Assembly: GCA_017555965.1 (NCBI GenBank) | Contig: JAFZFH010000134.1 | Location: forward strand, 35,673-99,672 | DNA from: Bacteroidales bacterium | Lineage (GTDB): Bacteria > Bacteroidota > Bacteroidia > Bacteroidales > UBA932 | Reading direction: 5' to 3' | DNA: 64,000 nucleotides | Shown: positions 59,578-64,000 of the stretch, piece by piece | How the letters are laid out: every line of letters starts with the position of its first letter | Numbering within the stretch: position 1 is the first letter of the stretch | Position numbers and translations under genes: made by a program | The notes under the pieces: generated by a model | Told to the model about the DNA's origin: nothing | Database searches by the model: none | The model's input: only the letters and a program-made list of their open reading frames with translations

Positions 59578-60603
59578 ATGCGCGAAAGAATTGAAGCCTT
59601 GATGGCTGAAATAGAGGCTCTGGCATGTAAGACAGAGCAGGAGATTGAAGAAGCTCGTGTCCGTCTTCTCGGAAAGAAGGGAGAGGTCACAAAGCTTTTT
59701 GAGGAGTTCAGAACAGTGGCTCCTGAACAGAAGAAGGAATTCGGACAGAAACTCAATATTCTCAAGAATACAGCGGCGGCAAAGATTGATGCCCTTAAGG
59801 AGGCAGCGTCTGAGGCTCCGGCAACCGGTGCTGCGGCATTCGACTACACAATGCCAGGCGATCCTGTATCGCTCGGCTCACGTCACCCGGTTTCTATCGC
59901 ACGAGAAGAGATTGTGAGCATCTTCCGAAAGTTCGGTTATGATGTAGCAGAGGGCCCAGAGGTTGAGGATGACTGGCATGTATTCGAGGCACTCAACTTT
60001 CCTCCGGAGCACCCGGCTCGTGAGATGCAGGATACATTCTTCATCAACGACAGCGACAATCCGGTTCTTCTCCGTACCCACACGTCTTCGGTTCAGGTAC
60101 GTGCGATGGAGAAGATGCCTCTTCCGATCCGTATAGTATGCCCTGGCCGCGTGTTCCGTAATGAGGCTATCTCTGCTCGTGCACACTGTATCTTCCATCA
60201 GGTTGAGGGTCTTTATATCGACGAGAACGTTACTTTCGCTGATATGAAGCAGGCTATCCTTCTGTTTGCGCGTGAAATGTTCGGCGCACAGACAGAGATC
60301 CGTATGCGTCCTTCATACTTCCCATTCACAGAGCCATCTGCTGAGGTGGATGTAAGCTGCAATATCTGTGGCGGTAAGGGATGCAACATCTGTAAGGGTA
60401 CAGGCTGGCTTGAGATCATGGGCTGCGGAATGGTAGACCCTAACGTTCTTGAGGCTTCCGGAATCGACAGCAAGAAATATAGCGGATTCGCTTTTGGTAT
60501 GGGAGTGGAAAGAATCGCCATGCTCAAGTGGCAGGTTCGTGACCTCAGAAACTACTTTGAGAATGACCTCCGCTTCCTTAAGGAGTTCGAGACAGCGCTT
60601 TAA
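59578..60603 (+). CDS. pheS: Phenylalanyl-tRNA synthetase alpha subunit
   Basis: HPAREMQDTF, LRTHTSSVQ, FHQVEG, YFPFTEPS, GFAFGMGVER. Confidence 0.97.
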   Translation: MRERIEALMAEIEALACKTEQEIEEARVRLLGKKGEVTKLFEEFRTVAPEQKKEFGQKLNILKNTAAAKIDALKEAASEAPATGAAAFDYTMPGDPVSLGSRHPVSIAREEIVSIFRKFGYDVAEGPEVEDDWHVFEALNFPPEHPAREMQDTFFINDSDNPVLLRTHTSSVQVRAMEKMPLPIRIVCPGRVFRNEAISARAHCIFHQVEGLYIDENVTFADMKQAILLFAREMFGAQTEIRMRPSYFPFTEPSAEVDVSCNICGGKGCNICKGTGWLEIMGCGMVDPNVLEASGIDSKKYSGFAFGMGVERIAMLKWQVRDLRNYFENDLRFLKEFETAL

Positions 60604-60622
60604 TATCTGTCTGACAGAAATG

Positions 60623-60660
60623 AAAATGTCCATGAGAACGAAAGTTTTCATGGACATTTT
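60623..60660. terminator. Terminator after pheS (likely bidirectional)
   Basis: aaaatgtccatgagaac-gaaa-gttttcatggacatttt. Confidence 0.8.
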
Positions 60661-60747
60661 GATATTACGAGGGTACTATAAAAAGAAAAAAGCCGACCTT
60701 AGTAAAGGACGACCTGAATATGATTGTACCACGTCTGGTTAATGTTC

Positions 60748-60776
60748 AAAAGTAAAGTCAGCATTTCTGCTGACTT
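60748..60776 (-). terminator. Terminator after tRNA-Gly
   Basis: aagtcagca / tgctgactt with an A-rich tract on the left. Confidence 0.7.
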
Positions 60777-60780
60777 GATT

Positions 60781-60856
60781 TGGAGCGGAAGACGAGGCTC
60801 GAACTCGCGACCCCAACCTTGGCAAGGTTGTGCTCTACCAACTGAGCTACTTCCGC
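60781..60856 (-). tRNA. tRNA-Gly (GCC), CCA encoded
   Basis: Reverse complement GCGGAAGTAGCTCAGTTGGTAGAGCACAACCTTGCCAAGGTTGGGGTCGCGAGTTCGAGCCTCGTCTTCCGCTCCA; promoter caaaggta 60888-60895. Confidence 0.97.
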
Positions 60857-61088
60857 ATTTCAAACGTGTTTGTTTCGTTTGAGATTGCAAAGGTACGCAA
60901 AAAATTATTACTTCCAAACTTTTTGCGAAAAAAATGCAGAAAAAATGCAAAAAAGTTCAAAAAAAGCTGAAATTGCCCTAAAATTGCCCGTTTTTAGATC
61001 AAAAATAGCCCGATGAACCGTCAGTCGGTGCATGGATTTTGAGTTTGCCCCAAAAATATTTCATCAAAAATAATTATATTTGCTTTCT

Positions 61089-63929
61089 ATGATTAGGCGG
61101 GTGTCAATATGGATTGCAGTTCTGATGGTGTTCATCATCGGACTGTCAGTGCGCGCATCCGCACAAGGCAAGGGTGTTGCTCTTGCCGGAATTGTCACTG
61201 AACATGAGTCGGGGCTTCCGGTGATAGGTGCTGTGGTCAAGATCGGTGGAGACTATCTTTGGACGACGACAGATATTGACGGAGCCTTCAGGTTTGATAA
61301 TGTTCAGAGAGGTGAGTGGCATCTAGAAGTCTCATGTCTCGGATATGTGACTGTTAAGATGGAACTGGATGTCCGCAGCGACATGGATGACATGAAGATT
61401 GTTCTCTATGAAAACTCCCTGGCTCTTGACGAGGTTGTCGTGACGGCTCAGAAGCTGAAGGATGGACTGAGTACCTCACATAGTCTGGGCCGAGATGCCT
61501 TGAATCATCTTCAATTGTCAAACACAACAGACGTCGCGGCCCTTCTTCCGGGAGGAAAGACAGTAAATCCGGACCTTACCTCTGAAAATTCCTTTTCATT
61601 GCGAGAGGGTGGTGCCGCAGCCGGCAATGCCTCTTTCGGTACGGCTGTCGAGGTCGATGGCGTCCGTCTGGGCAACAATGCGTCGTTTGGAAAGATGGCT
61701 GGAGTCGACACCCGAAGCATATCTGTTGAAAACATCGAGTCCATCGAGGTCATTACGGGAGTCCCTTCTGCCGAGTATGGTGACCTGAACAGCGGAATGG
61801 TCAAGATTAATACCCGCAAAGGCCGCACTCCGGTAAACATCACCTTTTCCGTAAATCCAAGAACATATCAGTCTTCGGTGTCTAAAGGCATCGATCTTCA
61901 GAAGAACAACGGTGTGCTGAATCTGAGCGCAGAATGGGCAAGGTCGGTCAAGAAACTGGTGTCTCCATATGAGTCATATGAGAGGACCGGCATAACCTTA
62001 GGCTACAGCAATACATTCTTCAGAGCTCTTCGTTTTGAGGCCGGTCTTACCGGAAATCTCGGAGGAATGGACAGCAAGGACGATCCCGACGTATTTACCG
62101 GTCAATATGAGAAGTCCAGAGACAATGTCTTCAGGGGCAACACATCGTTGACCTGGCTGCTGAACAGGTCGTGGATCACCAATCTCAGCCTGGATGCCTC
62201 CGTCAACTACAACGACAACCTCTACAAGTTTCATAAGTATGAATCATATGCTTCCAATCAGCCGGCGGTGCATGCTGAGAAGGAGGGATATTTCCTTGCG
62301 GACCGACTGCCGCTGACATATTTTTCAGATCAGATAACCGACTCGAAGGAGCTGGATTTTGCGGCATCCATGAAATATAACTGGCATAAGCGTTGGGATG
62401 ACTGCAAGAGTTCCCTCAAGGCCGGTGTGCAGTGGAAGGCAAACGGAAATGTGGGAAAGGGAGAGTACTATGAAGATCCTTCCCTGGCCGCCAACGGATA
62501 CAGGCCAAGACCATATACGGACTATCCGTTCATGCACAATCTTTCTGTGTATGCCGAGGAGCATCTTACCATGCCTGTTGCCGGAACAAAACTTGAGGTC
62601 ACTGCAGGTCTGCGACTTGAAAATGTCTTCATCAGGAACTCCCTATATGATGGAAAGACAACTCTGTCTCCACGATTCAACCTCAAATGGACTCTGACTG
62701 ATGCTGTGTCTATACGAGGTGGATGGGGAATTACGGAGAAACTGCCTTCTTATCATGTTCTTTATCCGAAGCAGGAGTACAGGGATATACTCACATTCGG
62801 TTTCTCACATGGCGACAAGTCAAGTTATGTGTATTATACGCAGCCGTACACGGTCACATATAATCCGGATCTGAAATGGCAGAGGAACAGCAACTCTGAG
62901 TTCGGTGTCGATATAGATGCGGGAGGGATGACGGTCTCGCTTGTCGGTTTCTACAACCTGACGAAAGGACCATATAATTTCCTGGACGTATATGAGCCGT
63001 ATTCTTATGATGTGCTGCAGAAGCCTGATGACTTTGTCATGCCGTCAGACCCTCAGATAAAGGTTGACAGCCAGACCGGAATGGTGTATGTCAGGGGCGG
63101 CAGCGACGACTATTGGACTCCGATGGATGTGAAGGTGACAGACAGGACCTTTGCGAAATCAACAATGCAGAACAACAGTGCGGATGTGAAGAGGGCCGGA
63201 TTGGAACTGGTTGCGCAGTTCCCGGAAATCGCACCGGTCCGTACTTCTTTCCGACTGGATGCCGCATATACTTATACTGCATATCTGAATGAGCAGCTGG
63301 CGTCATTCTATCAGAACGGATGGTCTCATACATCATTGCCGTACAGATCGTACCAATATGTGGGAATATATGCGAACGGTGGCGGAAACAATACTGTGGC
63401 AAACGGAAAGATAACCCATAATCTGGATGCTAACCTTACCGCGATTACTCACATCCCTCAGGCTCGTCTTGTCATTACATGTCGTCTGGAAATGTCCCTT
63501 CTGCGAAGGAGCAGGAATCTTTCGCAGTACAATGGACAGGCATATGCCTTTACCGTATCGGAGACAGACAACAATCCGACAGGAGGTGACATATATGCAG
63601 GAAATTCATATGCGGCAGTCCGCCCGATATATTATATGGATCTCGACGGCAATATCCACCCTTTTACAGATGTGGAGGCTTCCGATCCTGCGTTTGCGAA
63701 CCTGATCCTCAAGTCTGCGAACGCTTATACATTCGCCCAGGACGGTTATGGACCTTATATGTCTGCGAACCTGAGCATAACCAAAGAAATAGGAGACAAC
63801 GTGTCGATCTCCTTCTTTGCCAATAACTTTACGAACTCGAGACCTTATGTCAAGTCGCTTGCGACTGGTGTGGGAGCGATATTTACCCCAGCCTTCTATT
63901 ACGGTCTTACATGTCGCTTGAAATTCTGA
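61089..63929 (+). CDS. TonB-dependent receptor with N-terminal carboxypeptidase-regulatory-like domain (non-SusC type)
   Basis: TDIDG.F, LDEVVVTA, plug ENIESIEVITGVPSAEYGDLNSG, barrel strands, C-terminal F. Confidence 0.9.
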   Translation: MIRRVSIWIAVLMVFIIGLSVRASAQGKGVALAGIVTEHESGLPVIGAVVKIGGDYLWTTTDIDGAFRFDNVQRGEWHLEVSCLGYVTVKMELDVRSDMDDMKIVLYENSLALDEVVVTAQKLKDGLSTSHSLGRDALNHLQLSNTTDVAALLPGGKTVNPDLTSENSFSLREGGAAAGNASFGTAVEVDGVRLGNNASFGKMAGVDTRSISVENIESIEVITGVPSAEYGDLNSGMVKINTRKGRTPVNITFSVNPRTYQSSVSKGIDLQKNNGVLNLSAEWARSVKKLVSPYESYERTGITLGYSNTFFRALRFEAGLTGNLGGMDSKDDPDVFTGQYEKSRDNVFRGNTSLTWLLNRSWITNLSLDASVNYNDNLYKFHKYESYASNQPAVHAEKEGYFLADRLPLTYFSDQITDSKELDFAASMKYNWHKRWDDCKSSLKAGVQWKANGNVGKGEYYEDPSLAANGYRPRPYTDYPFMHNLSVYAEEHLTMPVAGTKLEVTAGLRLENVFIRNSLYDGKTTLSPRFNLKWTLTDAVSIRGGWGITEKLPSYHVLYPKQEYRDILTFGFSHGDKSSYVYYTQPYTVTYNPDLKWQRNSNSEFGVDIDAGGMTVSLVGFYNLTKGPYNFLDVYEPYSYDVLQKPDDFVMPSDPQIKVDSQTGMVYVRGGSDDYWTPMDVKVTDRTFAKSTMQNNSADVKRAGLELVAQFPEIAPVRTSFRLDAAYTYTAYLNEQLASFYQNGWSHTSLPYRSYQYVGIYANGGGNNTVANGKITHNLDANLTAITHIPQARLVITCRLEMSLLRRSRNLSQYNGQAYAFTVSETDNNPTGGDIYAGNSYAAVRPIYYMDLDGNIHPFTDVEASDPAFANLILKSANAYTFAQDGYGPYMSANLSITKEIGDNVSISFFANNFTNSRPYVKSLATGVGAIFTPAFYYGLTCRLKF

Positions 63930-64000
63930 TGATGAAGAAGATAATATACATATTGACCTTGGTTCTGGCGGTATCCTGTACCGGCATGGGGACAACGGAC
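63929..64000 (+). CDS. Lipoprotein, N-terminal fragment (runs off the right edge)
   Basis: TGATG overlap with the receptor stop; MMKKIIYILTLVLAVSCTGMGTTD with lipobox AVSC. Confidence 0.7.
   Translation, partial: MMKKIIYILTLVLAVSCTGMGTTD

Noticed and set aside
59578-60603. pheS without pheT, and fused secDF
   Set aside because: Both are normal for Bacteroidetes.
60699-60950. 83-aa ORF overlapping tRNA-Gly (also 42978-43160 over tRNA-Ser)
   Set aside because: Spurious translation through tRNA genes.
60857-61088. Cobalamin or TPP riboswitch upstream of the TonB receptor
   Set aside because: No conserved riboswitch boxes seen, and the promoter box lies immediately before the ATG.

Overview
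Core-chromosome segment of a Bacteroidales bacterium. Evidence: TAnnTTTG -7 promoter boxes upstream of most genes, fused secDF, lone pheS, and the coaX/lptC and lptE/secG gene orders; an uncultured gut or rumen lineage is an inference. It holds about 45 protein genes (tricorn-type protease, sdhAB, ruvB, mfd, coaX, lptC, ychF, galK, dnaE, secDF, GH67, GH43, nfeD-floA, ybaK, lptE, secG, clpB, S46 and C69 peptidases, pheS, a TonB-dependent receptor) and two tRNAs (Ser-GCT, Gly-GCC). No integrase, transposase, prophage or CRISPR array was seen. Most notable signals: (1) a ~260 bp multi-hairpin element after tRNA-Ser that ends in a perfect inverted copy of the tRNA 3' end and is rich in GNA mini-hairpins; (2) a probable oriC between ruvB and mfd; (3) a ThiL-fold protein lacking most Mg/ATP-binding aspartates, divergent from an EEP-fold protein lacking its GDFN motif; (4) a ClpB without its N-terminal domain, carrying an in-frame palindromic repeat and preceded by a sigma54-like promoter plus palindrome; (5) an EEP nuclease gene broken by one in-frame TAG; (6) sdhAB without an adjacent sdhC. 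All family assignments are by motif recognition, not database search.
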